Of a DNA stretch of 64,000 bases, positions 26,285-37,770 are shown one piece after another. The first letter of the stretch is position 1. Each line of letters begins with the position of its first letter. Location of the stretch: the NCBI RefSeq assembly GCF_964204645.1, contig NC_134028.1:22440345-22504344 (forward strand). The letters are read 5' to 3'. This stretch comes from Tubulanus polymorphus (taxonomy: Eukaryota > Animalia > Nemertea). The notes beneath the pieces are model-generated. The model did no database searches. It worked only from the letters and a program-made list of their open reading frames with translations, and was not told the origin of the DNA. The position numbers and the translations under genes were made by a program.

Positions 26285-26656
26285 TCAAACAACAGCAGTG
26301 GCAGCAGCAGCAGCACCACCGCCTCCACCAACTGTAACACCGACATCAGCAACAGCACCAGCAGCAACAGCACCAACAGCAGCAGCAACAGCAGCAGCAG
26401 TAACAGCAGCACCACCACTAGTTGTAACACCGACATCAGCAACAGCACCAGCAGTAACAGCACCAACAGCAGTAGCAGCAGCACCACCACCAGCTGTAAC
26501 ACCGACATCAGCAACAGCACCAGCAGTAACAGCACCAACAGCAGTAGCAGCAGCACCATCACCAGCTGTAACACCGACATCAGCAACAGCAGTAGCAGTA
26601 ACAGCAGCACCACCACCAGCTGTAACACCGACATCAGCAGCAGCAGCAGCAGCTAC
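26285..26656. repeat. CAG/CAA/CAC-derived compound minisatellite (~54-93-bp units, core ctgtaacaccgacatcagc)
   Basis: Five copies of tgtaacaccgacatcagca separated by triplet tracts; explains the low-complexity ORFs on both strands. Confidence 0.85.
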
Positions 26657-27131
26657 GTGAGCAGCCAGCACACGGTGATAATCGTGTAATTACTGGATAC
26701 GCCGTCATACACTTTGATGTAAGACGTTATAGGTTAATGACGAACCGCGTGTGAATGACAGCAATTCGCGTTGATAGATTATTATATACACGCACCTCGG
26801 GCAGCTCCCGAGAGCTCCGGCGCCGAATCAGCCGGAGCGCACCATAATTAAAAATATATAATAACTCGACAGACCGTGTGCGACTTTTGGTGACTTCTAG
26901 CGTGCACACGGGTGAACGCTTCCTCGTAAATAATGTAAAAACGTCACGAAATGGGAACAAAATAAACTGAATTTGGGTCAGGGGACATTTGACGAGACAC
27001 TTTTTCATCTTGGTCGGTTTCAGAGTAATGGCTTAAACCTAAGACCAGTTTGAGATCATCTTAATTCAGTAGCCAATCTAACAGACCGTGATTATACCAG
27101 TCTTAAGATCTAACTCCATTTCTGGATTTAG

Positions 27132-27473
27132 AATAATAATAATGATAATAATGAAATTAATTTCTAGATAGCGCTAATTTCATGATGACTCAAAGAGCTT
27201 TCCAGAAAGAATATTACAGATATAGAATACAATTCCTTTGAGCGAAAACATTACAGTTCTATGTTTCATCAAATATCTTAAATGTCTTTTCTTAAAAATT
27301 CACTCTCCCAAATATATTTTGAAGTAAGTGCCATAGTGTTAGAAAGATAAAACTAAAAGATTGGCTACCAATAATCATCTTTGGTATGGACGGTTTAGAT
27401 AGAATATGTTTAGCAAGACCAGGTCTATAGACGACAAGGTGTATACGGATAAAAGACAGATAGGATTCTTCAT
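27132..27473 (-). mobile_element. Decayed L2-like LINE 3' end inserted in a family-A MITE (27010-27130)
   Basis: Minus strand reads ..YRPGLAKHILSKPSIPKMIIGSQSFSFIFLTLWHLL.. (cf. GxRSFSxxxPxLWNxLP), then aagctctttgag..agcgctatctagaaat and an (ATT)n tail. Confidence 0.55.
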
Positions 27474-30400
27474 TGACTCTGGAACCGCTGTATTTGGGTT
27501 CGGTACTCGTGAAGATGAGCGCAGCTAAAAATCTGTTCTTCTGCGCATATTCAGAGATTCATCCGAAATGTCAAAGGACTTGCCCTAATTGTTTGCACTA
27601 TTCGATCGCGCATTCGGTTTTAACCCACAGCGGTCCACGGTTGATAAACAATTGAATCAGCTTCCCGAGACGCGCATTAGTCGTGCACGGATGAACAAAC
27701 CACATGATGAAACCATCGGCAAACACAGGCGTCTAATTAACGCTAATTTACTAGCTGCCTCGCCGTCTACAGGTGATCGCAACGGCGATGATGTGAAAAT
27801 TTGCCCGGGCTATTTCTGAACCGAGGAAAAGAAAAACTATAGTGGCAAATAGTCTAATCGGAATTAAGATTCTTATTTTCGGTAAGGCTTTCGGGGGATA
27901 CGCGCTTTCAAATTAACCCTACTGTGTCGTAGGCAATAAGCTATTGAATAAAATCCACCCACTGATTCAGCTTTTAGCGGTCAAGAGCCAAATCGACCGG
28001 AATTAGAATCACGAAGACGTTTCCACTTGGATTTCGTGAATGTCGACTTGCGACGCGTCGTGTCGCTAGGCCGACCTACTATAAGCCCGCTTTTAGAAAT
28101 AACGAGATAACCAAATCTTGCTTTGAGAGGATTAAGCTCCCGTGCCCAGCAAATATAGGTAAAAATCTGACCAAAAAAAACGGTGAAAATGAACTTTAGA
28201 GTTAGATATATCCGAGAACTGTGGAACTGAATTCAGCAGATGCAAGGTTAGGGAGTGCAAGAGACAATTCCAATAGAGAACTTCTTTCCTCTTGGGATCT
28301 TCCCGTTACCAGAGATGTAACAAAAGTGCACGTGACGATTTGAAAAAAAAAGGATTAATATATCGAGGCTCATACATCAGATTCGGTTGCAACAATTCTC
28401 TTAAAACGTTCAATCTCAAATCGAGCATTCATTCGATCGGAATGATACAGAACACACGACACCGCAATCGCGTTTCGCTTTTCTTTTCATTAACTTCGCT
28501 AATCCTTCGCGATAACTCACGCGGATTAACGCGGATTAAAAACAGCTCTAATCAACATAACGCGAAGACGATGAAATTACGAAAACTTTCTGTTTGGTTA
28601 TGTGGCGATTGATATCGAAAGAGAGAGAGGGAGAGCGAGATAGCGAGAGAGGGACTTTGATCTTGAAATTAAAAGAAGTCTCATCTGCACATATGTTTCC
28701 CGATTGATGCGATCAGTGTTGCGATCGAGTTTCATCGTGCGGGTATTTCACGGTATTTCACGACGGTATTTCACGCTTACACAAGCACCGATCCTCCGCC
28801 GTATTTTACTCAACTGGGGTCTTAAGAAAGTTCAATCTTAACACGGATACATTTAATGTCGTTAAAACTGTGTCGATTCTACAAAAAGTTTCACGAAACC
28901 GATCCCAATGCGACCTTTAAGCGCCATGTTCAGCATCATGCTTTAGTTATATTTTCGTTTATCATACGCGCGTTCTTATTGTTCCCAGTGAAATGACGAA
29001 TCCCCATCCCCGCGATCATCATCTAACTTTTGGTTAAAATGTAAATTTTATAGTGCAATAGATGGACTCTGTACGAAACATTCCACAATAGAAAACTTCA
29101 AAAACCTAAAGAAAGTTACGCGGCATGTTTTACCCATCGTTGTACCGTTCAAACTAGAAAACTGCATCGCATACTGGACATTGTGCCAATTTATCTGATG
29201 ACGTCACAAGGTGATATTTAGGTGAAGGTCGAGCCTCGAGTTTATGGGTTTTCATGCGAATTTAGATCGAGGTGACGCGTGCAAAACATCGCATCCAATC
29301 AACGTAATGACCGACGATGTACGCAGGCCGTTTCAGCGTTCTTCGTAAGCCCGTCAACTTGTTATTCCATTTCCTCGACAAAAGAAACTCTTCTTCGATC
29401 GTGATCGGCCGGCGGATGCCTGCAATGGTGTTGTTTTTTATGGGATGTATAAATATCTGTTCGATATAAAGGCTTCTTTAGTGATGCGCGGAAGCCTCGA
29501 TAACTCGCGCTGCGTATATTGAGCCGGAACCGTCCAGCGTCGGGCGACCGGGCAGTTTGATTGACAGATTAATCAGATAATATGACACTCCTATTAGATT
29601 TTGATTCGTTTTTCTTTGCCGAATCGGAAATCAGGCTTGTGAGGGTCATGAGAGGTATATACGTACATTATTACAGTCTCGACAGCCACTCACACGTCAT
29701 TGATAAGCAACAAGAACAGTTCAAACACTTCGACATTCTGAAGCATTTGACCTTTCGTTCAGACTTGAATGTAGTCATACTGGCTAACGGTACCGCTACT
29801 GCGGCAAGCGAGGATTCTGTGGAGATTCACCAGTCTCAATTAAAATCGCGTCAATTTTTCACCTAAGCAAATCAGTTTTTCAAACACCGAGTAGAAATGT
29901 CAAGCTCTATTTGACGATTCGTTTGATAAAATCTGGAATCCGAGGTTCTAAAATCCGCTTCAAAGCCGATTGAAAATGAATTCATTTGCCCGCATACAAC
30001 CGACCGTATAATGGCGCCATCTGGTGGTGTGAGCCGGCATCGGCACCATGTTATAAATCCGGGTAAAACAGGCACAACTCGGAAGATATATTTGTTCCAA
30101 CAATTGAACTATTTTCCAGGATATTGCAAGAATATATCAACGAACTCGTGTGGTTCCATGAACTCAACGAATTTCCGACTTATATTTCTACTCAACTCAC
30201 ACTATACAACGCCTGGTCAGGCCATCCTCGCTTGTCAGGGTTCATTGCCACCCGCCGAAGCTCACACAAACACAATCCAGACCGCAAACCCTTCATTGAT
30301 CTATTACAATTACCCCGATTTATAAGCGGCCACCAGTCCATGTATTAAGCCGATCAGTTTCTTCCACCATCTAATCTCGTTACGCATCTAATTGGCTACA

Positions 30401-31334
30401 TAAACTGGTGGCCGCTTAGCAACAACCTGTCCGCCCAAGAAAGCATGGGCAATGTAATAGACCAATGAAGGGTTTGCGGCCAGGGTGTGTTGGCGTGAGC
30501 GTCCAGTAATCAAACCATGGCAAGCGGGGACGGGTCAGACGTGAAGACGTTACAGAATAACGACCAAATCCGAGATAATACTTTCGACACCAAACCGAAC
30601 ATGATTCAGGACAATATTCACCCTAATTCGTCTCCTAAAACAACTCGATCATCTACCGCACAAATCTCATTCATTACGCCTCATTCGATTGTCGATGGCA
30701 AACCCTCTATTGCGGAAATCATAACTATATCGTTGTTAGGATCGGAGATAAATACCGAGTGTTTTATCGTCGTCGTCGAGTGAAACAGAGCATATTTCGA
30801 TTAGGACGAGAAGCACCATTATCATCGGCCCCGTAATACGATCAGCCGCGAGCGAGCGCGAGGAGAGCGGCCGCCGTGTATCGCCGATAACCGATTGATT
30901 TGATCGATACGGCTTGAACTTGTTGTAACGCCGATTTTCGCATATTACGGAAAATTGATGATCGCGCAGATACCGGGTTGATATTCTGCGCTCGCAGCGA
31001 GTTGATCGGTGGCCTTTTCTAATATTACAACTTTCAAACGATGGATCGCAGACGTAATATCATCAAATGCACATTTTCACCAGTTGAGAAATGAAGCCAC
31101 GTCTGGGCTTTGAGTTCCTGGAATCCCGTTTGACGTATATAGCTTAGGTACTGCACCTTTTGAGAAGTAGGATAACGTCTATGATAGAATGCATATTCCA
31201 ATGATATATCGTTGCGATATCGAGAAAGGAAATATTTTAGTTCTACTTATTCCCAGGGGCAGTTGCGGTTATAGCTTAGATTTTATACCAATCTTAGGCA
31301 TTCTAAGTTCTATACCAAATCAAACAACTTCACA

Positions 31335-31545
31335 TTAATCTACCCTTTCACTTTCTCTCATCTCTTCTCTTCTCTCATCTCTTCAACGCCTGCGTTGGCT
31401 GTCTTTGAGGCTATGCGAAGCGCACAAGGAAATGCGCGCTACAATATATGTAAGTGTTTGTTCTTTTCAATTGTTTATCTTTCTACTGATTTTATTGTCC
31501 TGGTTTTCCATGAAATGAATTTTGAATTGAATTGAATTGAATTGA
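31335..31545 (+). mobile_element. Retroposon 3' end with (TTGAA)n tail, inside a decayed family-A MITE
   Basis: Ends ttttgaattgaattgaattgaattg; flanks at 31256-31331 and 31546-31580 resemble family-A halves. Confidence 0.45.
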
Positions 31546-32662
31546 GTCTTAGTATCTAATACCACATTTTGTGATTGACGTAATTTTACCAGGTTTTTTA
31601 TGTCTAAAAGAAACGTGCACTGAATGTTGATGGCGTCTATTATATAGATTTAAGAAGTAAGCCATGGTTTACTAAGTTTACTAAGAAAATACTTCATTTT
31701 CATTCGTCTTCCTGCGTTTCGACGATACTAATAATAATAATATTATCAGACGTTTGCACAGCGCTCGATTCCTTAAATACTTAAAATATTAGTTTCATAT
31801 CGAACGCTTTTGCTACGAATGCTTGTTAGTTACTACACTAATCTAAATGTCTAACAGGCATCTATTCTCAGGTATAAGTGACGTGCAAGCTCGTTTATCA
31901 GGCGCTTTATTGCGCTTTTGATGAAGCGAGGCCGCGAGACAAGTGCCACTGGTTCCAGCTTAAGAACAGGGTGGTGCAATGCGGTGTTCGAACCCACAAC
32001 GCTTTTATTATGATTAATGAACAATTGTTGTGAACGGATAATATAATTTCAACCCCACAATATACGAACTTAAGATCAAATAAAATTTTAAAAATAAGAA
32101 ATCTAAAATATTTCTAGAATAAAGAAAATTTAACATTTTTTAAATTTCGATGATGAATTTCGATTTATATCCCGATCTAAAATCCTAATATCCACGTGAA
32201 CAGTCGTGCAACGAGATATGTTCTGAGCTCAAGAATACGACGCTGAAGTGCGGGGTTCGAACCCAAATAATATGACTCACACACATACCGCGTTCACGTT
32301 CATCTCCGAATGAAGAAGAAACTCGTAGCAAGATCTAAGATGTTCGCGTTTAAACAGTTTAACAGACGAACAGTTAAAACATCAAAGCAACTGCTAACGG
32401 CACGATTAGCGCGTATAACTGCTACATTTTGATGGTATGTTTGAAATGTTTGAAATGATTCGTTGTTATTCGCCAAAATTAACGGAACGTGAGGAAAACG
32501 TCAGGGCAGGTTCAGACCTCTTAATCATCAAACACGTGTCGAATAGTACAACGTACACATTACTACACCTCGCTACACATTACCCGCTTCAAAACATTAC
32601 TACTTTGTTTGTAACGAGCTAACATTTCCTGAGAAAAAATATCATCGTGAACGGGGGGGGGG

Positions 32663-33012
32663 GTACCGTCAGCGCTACTGTGGCAATTGGGGATTCCACG
32701 TATGGCAGGCGAGGATCCGCCAGGTGTCGCTAGTAGAAAGTCGGTCTTACGCATTCGATTTCTTATACATTTCAATAAAAACAAAATTAACTTTTCTCTT
32801 AATCCATTAACAATGAAAACTATACCGATATCTGAGAAGAAGAATAGTAGTGTATATTCGGTGTGATAATATATGAATTCGGGAGCCTAAAAATCCAGTT
32901 CAAAGTTCTGACATCGGATGACCGGCTAGTCACGCCATCTGGTGAGATAGATGGTGTCGTAGGCTCCCCATTGAAATGTACACTACCCGGTAATGCTACT
33001 GTGGCAATCGAA
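32663..33012 (+). mobile_element. Dispersed ~300-bp repeat family D with paired CTCF-like motifs
   Basis: Head cgctactgtggcaat(c/t)g(a/g)ggattccac.tatggcaggcgagg..ccgccagg shared with copies at 50590-50910, 29790-30030, 58341-58490 (+) and 495-790 (-). Confidence 0.75.
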
Positions 33013-33760
33013 GCTACATATCTAGCCAATCGAATGCTTGGTATACTAATAGAGCGAAATTGCCGGTATAAAAAAAATATATATATATATCAATAGGTCC
33101 CGGCGGAAGGTAATCAAATCCTGCCAGAAGCGGATGGGGTCCTCGCAGATATTTTAGCCCGGGAATTTTTCCGGCGATTTTTAGCTTCACTCGATTATGA
33201 AGACGCCGCACAGGCGGTAATTAGTGTGTCCTGCCCGCCAGACATTGTCTAACGCGGTGCGTTTCTCGCTGCGACGAGATCAGGATGAAGAGCCTGACAA
33301 GAATCTTAAACATCGTCTGAAATGGGAAACGCGCACCGATTTGCGATGTTTAATGGGCGTTTTAACGTCGCCTCGCGATTATAATGATAACGAATTCCCG
33401 ACGTCTAATAGAAGTTCAATTAGTCGAAGTGACTGACTCAGTAACTTCGATAAAAACATTCCATCCGGCTGGAGAGGAGTTCGAGGACTGTAATCGATAT
33501 TTGTGGCGTACATTCTTGTTCATAGTTTCTCTATAAGCGGCATAAGATCCTTCGCTTATGGGCTTTGAGGAGTGCAATAATGTGGCCGGGAAGCGAGGAT
33601 CAACCGGGTTCGCATCGCGTTTCAAAAAAGCAAGAGTTTTAACGCTACCAAACTTGAGAGAATTTCCAGATGACTCATGAATGTCACTCATGACTGGTGG
33701 CCGCTAAGCGGCTACCTGTCCGCCTAAGAAATTTTGGGCAACGTAATAAACCAATGAAGT

Positions 33761-33765
<5 letters not shown>

Positions 33766-33839
<74 letters not shown>

Positions 33840-33843
33840 GTTA
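33766..33843. repeat. (ATT)n microsatellite, probably the tail of a minus-strand retroposon remnant at ~33845-33900
   Basis: About 25 ATT/GTT triplets; adjacent hairpin-like tgccagaatccac..gatcaatggca. Confidence 0.9.
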
Positions 33844-34878
33844 TGGTATTTTAAGTGCCAGAATCCACTTAAGTGATCAATGGCAATTTACCTGTATTTA
33901 CCTTAGCGCATTATAGCATTGAATATCAGCTTCTAACAAAGCTACTAAAACTGTGCTCTAAGGCAACCAGGAAATAGAACTTAACACTGCAACTCAATTC
34001 GTTTTTCTAAGTGACTCGATAGAGTGTTGCACCATTCAATTTGTAGCGACGTAAACCGTATTTTCGCGTCGACATTGCCCCCGTTATTGAACACCGAAAC
34101 GGCTGTCGCTGTTATCATTTGGTTTATGCAGCTGTTCCCGCGGTCAATAACGCGCTGAGCGGAGAAAGTGACCAATTTGTAACGTCGAATATCAGCTCTT
34201 AACAGCAATCCCATTTGACCGCAAAACATTCGGCCCCGGAGACAAAGCGGTGACATCTCTCATCCAGTCTTTTACACTAATATATCGTCGCTATACCGCA
34301 GAGATCGGTGCGTGATGAATTACGAAATATTTATACGGCCGAATTTTCCGTGATATCCACAGCGCGTAAATACGAAACTAATGATTTTGTAATGAGCGCG
34401 TCGCCTCTGGCTGCGGGGAGAGATGCGGCATGTTTGACACAGACACACGAAGCTCTCCTACGAATATCCGAGGCGTATTAAACAAAAAAGAGGAAATGTC
34501 AGACTCGACGTCTGAACAGAGGATTAAATCAATTTACAGTCGAATCGATAGATTTCACTAATACTGATTCCCTAGCGGAATACGGAACCAACTCGTCGCG
34601 GATGTGACAACTTTCAAATGGCTTCGTCGATTGGCTCCGTTCCAATCGATGAATCCGCGACGTGAAACATAGTGATGTAAACCCTCGAAAACTAATATCA
34701 TATGTAGGAGGCCAACTATCTTAGAAATTAAATGTTTTATCTTTAAGAAAGGTTTAATTTAAGGCATCACGAAGTTGTAAGACGAATGCCATTCAAGTAC
34801 AGCGCACATAGCGGGCCGTTGAGGATGCATGTATGAAATAGATCATTGCATGAGTATTGTACTGAATTCTGTAAAGTA

Positions 34879-35295
34879 AAGGAAACATTTCGGACTCTTT
34901 TTCAAGTTTTCAGTGAGTGATTTCATAAATAATCGCCCCATCACGCACTTAGTGTATCATCGAGGACAACATCAGTATTCCAGAAGATGAAGATATATTC
35001 CAAATGTTGAATAAACTACTATAAAGCTCAAGGAAACATTTCAGGCTCTTTTCATTCTTAGTGTGAATGTAAAATATCTTTTAAAGTATCCTCGCAACAC
35101 GGACTCAGAGTGTCTCATCAACGAGATTATAATGAGGATAACATCAGTATTCCTGATGTTGAGAATTAAGATATAGTCCAAATATTAAATAGAGTACTAG
35201 CTTAAGGAAATATTTCAGGCTCTTTTCATGCTTTATACGGGATTCTAAAGTATCTTTACAACGCGAACTCAGAGTGTTTTATCAATGGTTATTAT
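34879..35295. repeat. Degenerate tandem repeat, ~2.5 copies of a 150-175-bp unit abutting the GPCR splice donor
   Basis: aaggaaa(c/t)atttc(a)g..ctctttt recurs at ~34879, 35030 and 35204; aacatcagtattcc twice; actcagagtgt twice. Confidence 0.75.
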
Positions 35296-35310
35296 GAAAA
35301 ACCTACGTAC

Positions 35311-36279
35311 CTTCCGTTTAGACTTGAGCTGTTGCGTGTCTCTGATTTCATCAGCGTTACCGGGAGTCGTTCTTTGCCACAGTTTACGTCCGACAAATGC
35401 ATACGTGAACGTCAATATGAGTAAAGGAACTAGATACGTTAAAACCAGTATGAATATCGTATATCCACTGCGCCAGTGAGGACTGGGCCAAGATTCGTTA
35501 CAGATCTGAGTACCGGTGGCCGGGTTGAACGTCAAACGCCCTATATACAACTGTACAGACGACAGGCCCGTGGCGATCACCCATATTACCGAGATGACGA
35601 TTTTGTAACGGGATTTTGTCATTCGCGACCTCAACGGGAACGTCACTACCCAAAACCGGTCGATTCCTATAGCCATGTTCGTGCAGACGCTGGCCGTCAC
35701 CGAGGTCAGCTGCATGAACAAAACAATAGGGCACATAGGCTCGGAGAATATCCAACTTCTCAACATCAGACTGCTGAATGTGAACGGCATGCAGAACAGC
35801 GCCATCACCAGATCGGCGATGGCGAGACTTATCAAAAACCCGCGCAGGTCGGTGCGAGACCGTTTACCGCACGAGAAAACAATAATCACCAAAATATTAC
35901 CGACAACAGATAGCACGATCGCTGACGTATAAAATACAATGAGCACAATTTGAGATTCGATCGGCAACGGGCCTGATAACGGGGCCGGTGACGTCATATT
36001 GGCCGTATCCACGCCCGATGTTTCGTTCGTGAAGTTAAGATAACCGGATTGCGGTATTTGTGAGTATATATATTCCGGATTGATGGCCTTGCTGTCGGCG
36101 GCGGTTGACGCGGTCGAGTTTGAGTCCATACCGGTGCCGACCGGTTGAGTGTTAATAGCGGTAGCTGGTAGTGGTTCTTCATATCCCATGCTATCCTGGA
36201 CTATCCTAGCCACGGATATCCCTCGCACGTAGTTGCTGTAAGTCGGGTTTTTGATCGGTTCAGGAGACCGCGATGTCAT
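35311..36279 (-). CDS. Rhodopsin-class neuropeptide GPCR, coding exon 1 (N-terminus, TM1-TM5, ICL3); luqin/RYamide-leucokinin-GPR83-tachykinin-receptor-like
   Basis: First in-frame ATG at 36279 after an in-frame TAG at 36330-36328; N-glycosylation sequons NST/NFT/NET/NMT; GN (TM1), LAIAD (TM2), DRF (TM3), ECL2 CNESW, ICL3 PGNADEIRD..KSKRK; donor aag|GTACGT at 35310. The start could instead be a downstream Met. Confidence 0.95.
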
Positions 36280-36326
36280 AACGCCTCCCACGTCGCCTGA
36301 CTGTAGCCGCGCCTCACAGCGTCCAT
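36276..36326 (-). promoter_or_regulatory. Upstream ORF (MDAVRRGYSQATWEAL*) whose TGA overlaps the GPCR ATG (ATGA)
   Basis: agaATGg (A-3, G+4) at 36326; 17 codons ending tta-TGA, sharing nucleotides with the main ATG 36279-36277; lies downstream of the acceptor ttccatttcAG| (exon start 36376). Confidence 0.6.
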
Positions 36327-37594
36327 TCTAGCCGCCGATACCGCTAAAAGCCGTTGTTATATACGGGGTCGATTTTCTGAAATGGAAAATAGTAAAGTCT
36401 GCATCAAATTATTTTTAAAGCGTGAACATCATTTGAGATTCCTGGGGCCAGTTACGATTTCGTGGCTTACTCGTGGGACAGTGGCTTAGATTTATGACCA
36501 TCAAAATCTATTGCCGATATAACAACTCAAAACCAAGTCTTAAGATTTTAGATCACGTTTGGACTGGTGAGATTATCCTGGGCTATTCATAAGAAACGAA
36601 TTACTCCTAAGTTAATTCAAGAATTTGTCCTTATCGTAAAACTTTGGGCTAGCAAAAAAATGAATCGTAAAACCGCCTTCGTGGTTTAAGGTAACGATGT
36701 TGCCCGACGCATAGCCAGTCGCTCCGGTGTTATGTCTGGGTGATGCCGTTTAAACAAAGAAAATATAGCGGCACATTGTTTCGTACATACATACATACAC
36801 GTAGATGCAGCTTCTATATACACTGCTGATTCTAAAAACCTTCGATTTCATTTAAATGCGTAAACGTTATTATAGCCCGACGCGTAAGATGTTTGTAAAC
36901 ATTTACCGCGCTCTATTCAGAATTCGCAGACGTCGTTCAATGTTTCAACCTATAGAGAATTGATTACCAGCTTATATCGGAGCCGAGGATCGAGAGAGAG
37001 AGAGACAGAGAGATAAAGAGAAAGTTCATCGCTTGAATAACCTTCCCATCAGGGAGAGTAGCTATTGTTTCATTGTCCTGCATTGTCTGTTTGTCCCGGT
37101 ATCATTCGACCATCCCCGCGACCCCTGTAGGTATCGCCCCGGCGATGTTTGGAAATAGTTGCAAATGTTGAAAAGAATCAGTGACTGTCGACTAGACCAG
37201 TCGATGAAGCGATATTTGCTTAATTGGCAAATATTTGCTCGATCTGTCGCTCCGAAATACCGGCCGCGATTCATATAAGTATTGCAGCAAGCTGCGTGTA
37301 TGTTTAGTGCATTTGGTGGTCACTCCGTGCGTGTGTCAGCGACTAGGTCAAACTTCCGATGAACAATTCAACATTTGCCATCACTCTTTATTTCAACAAA
37401 ATGAGTTTTAAATTCATATCCGCAAAGATAACTTTTCGTTTTTTACATTTCTTTTCATCGCTACCAGAACTGATTTCATTTGTACGAGCTAACTGCATTC
37501 TCCCCGGCAGGGATACGAACCTGATGGGATTGATATCTAGCGATTTTTTTATTTTTTTTTTACCACCCTCAACTCTCATCCTCAACTCTATGGC

Positions 37595-37770
37595 TTTTAC
37601 CAACCTGCAGTTCACAGGGGGTTCGATGTTTATTTTGCCCAATGAGGGAGAGAACAAAGAAGAACCTTCGACCAAGAAACTCTGCCACCACCAGGGTTTG
37701 AAACCATAAACCCCGCTTGATTGACGAGACCAGTGACCGGCGGCTTAAACCTCGAGGCCACTGCGCCTAT
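37595..37770 (-). mobile_element. tRNA-derived SINE
   Basis: Minus strand: A-box-like tggcctcgagg, B-box-like ggtttcaaaccc; body shared with the copy at 45620-45770; related fragments at ~7520-7600 and 19170-19265. Confidence 0.6.

Noticed and set aside
26167-26634. Poly-Leu/Val membrane-protein-like ORF
   Set aside because: Reverse reading of a CAG/CAA-rich minisatellite.
35476-35932. Antisense ORFs overlapping the GPCR exon
   Set aside because: Expected shadow ORFs of a GC-richer coding exon, with no recognisable motifs.
35269-36291. Track ORF as a complete single-exon 340-aa protein starting at GTG
   Set aside because: It has only five TM helices; the GT donor at 35310 and TM6-7 exon at 11435 complete it, and the first ATG is at 36279.
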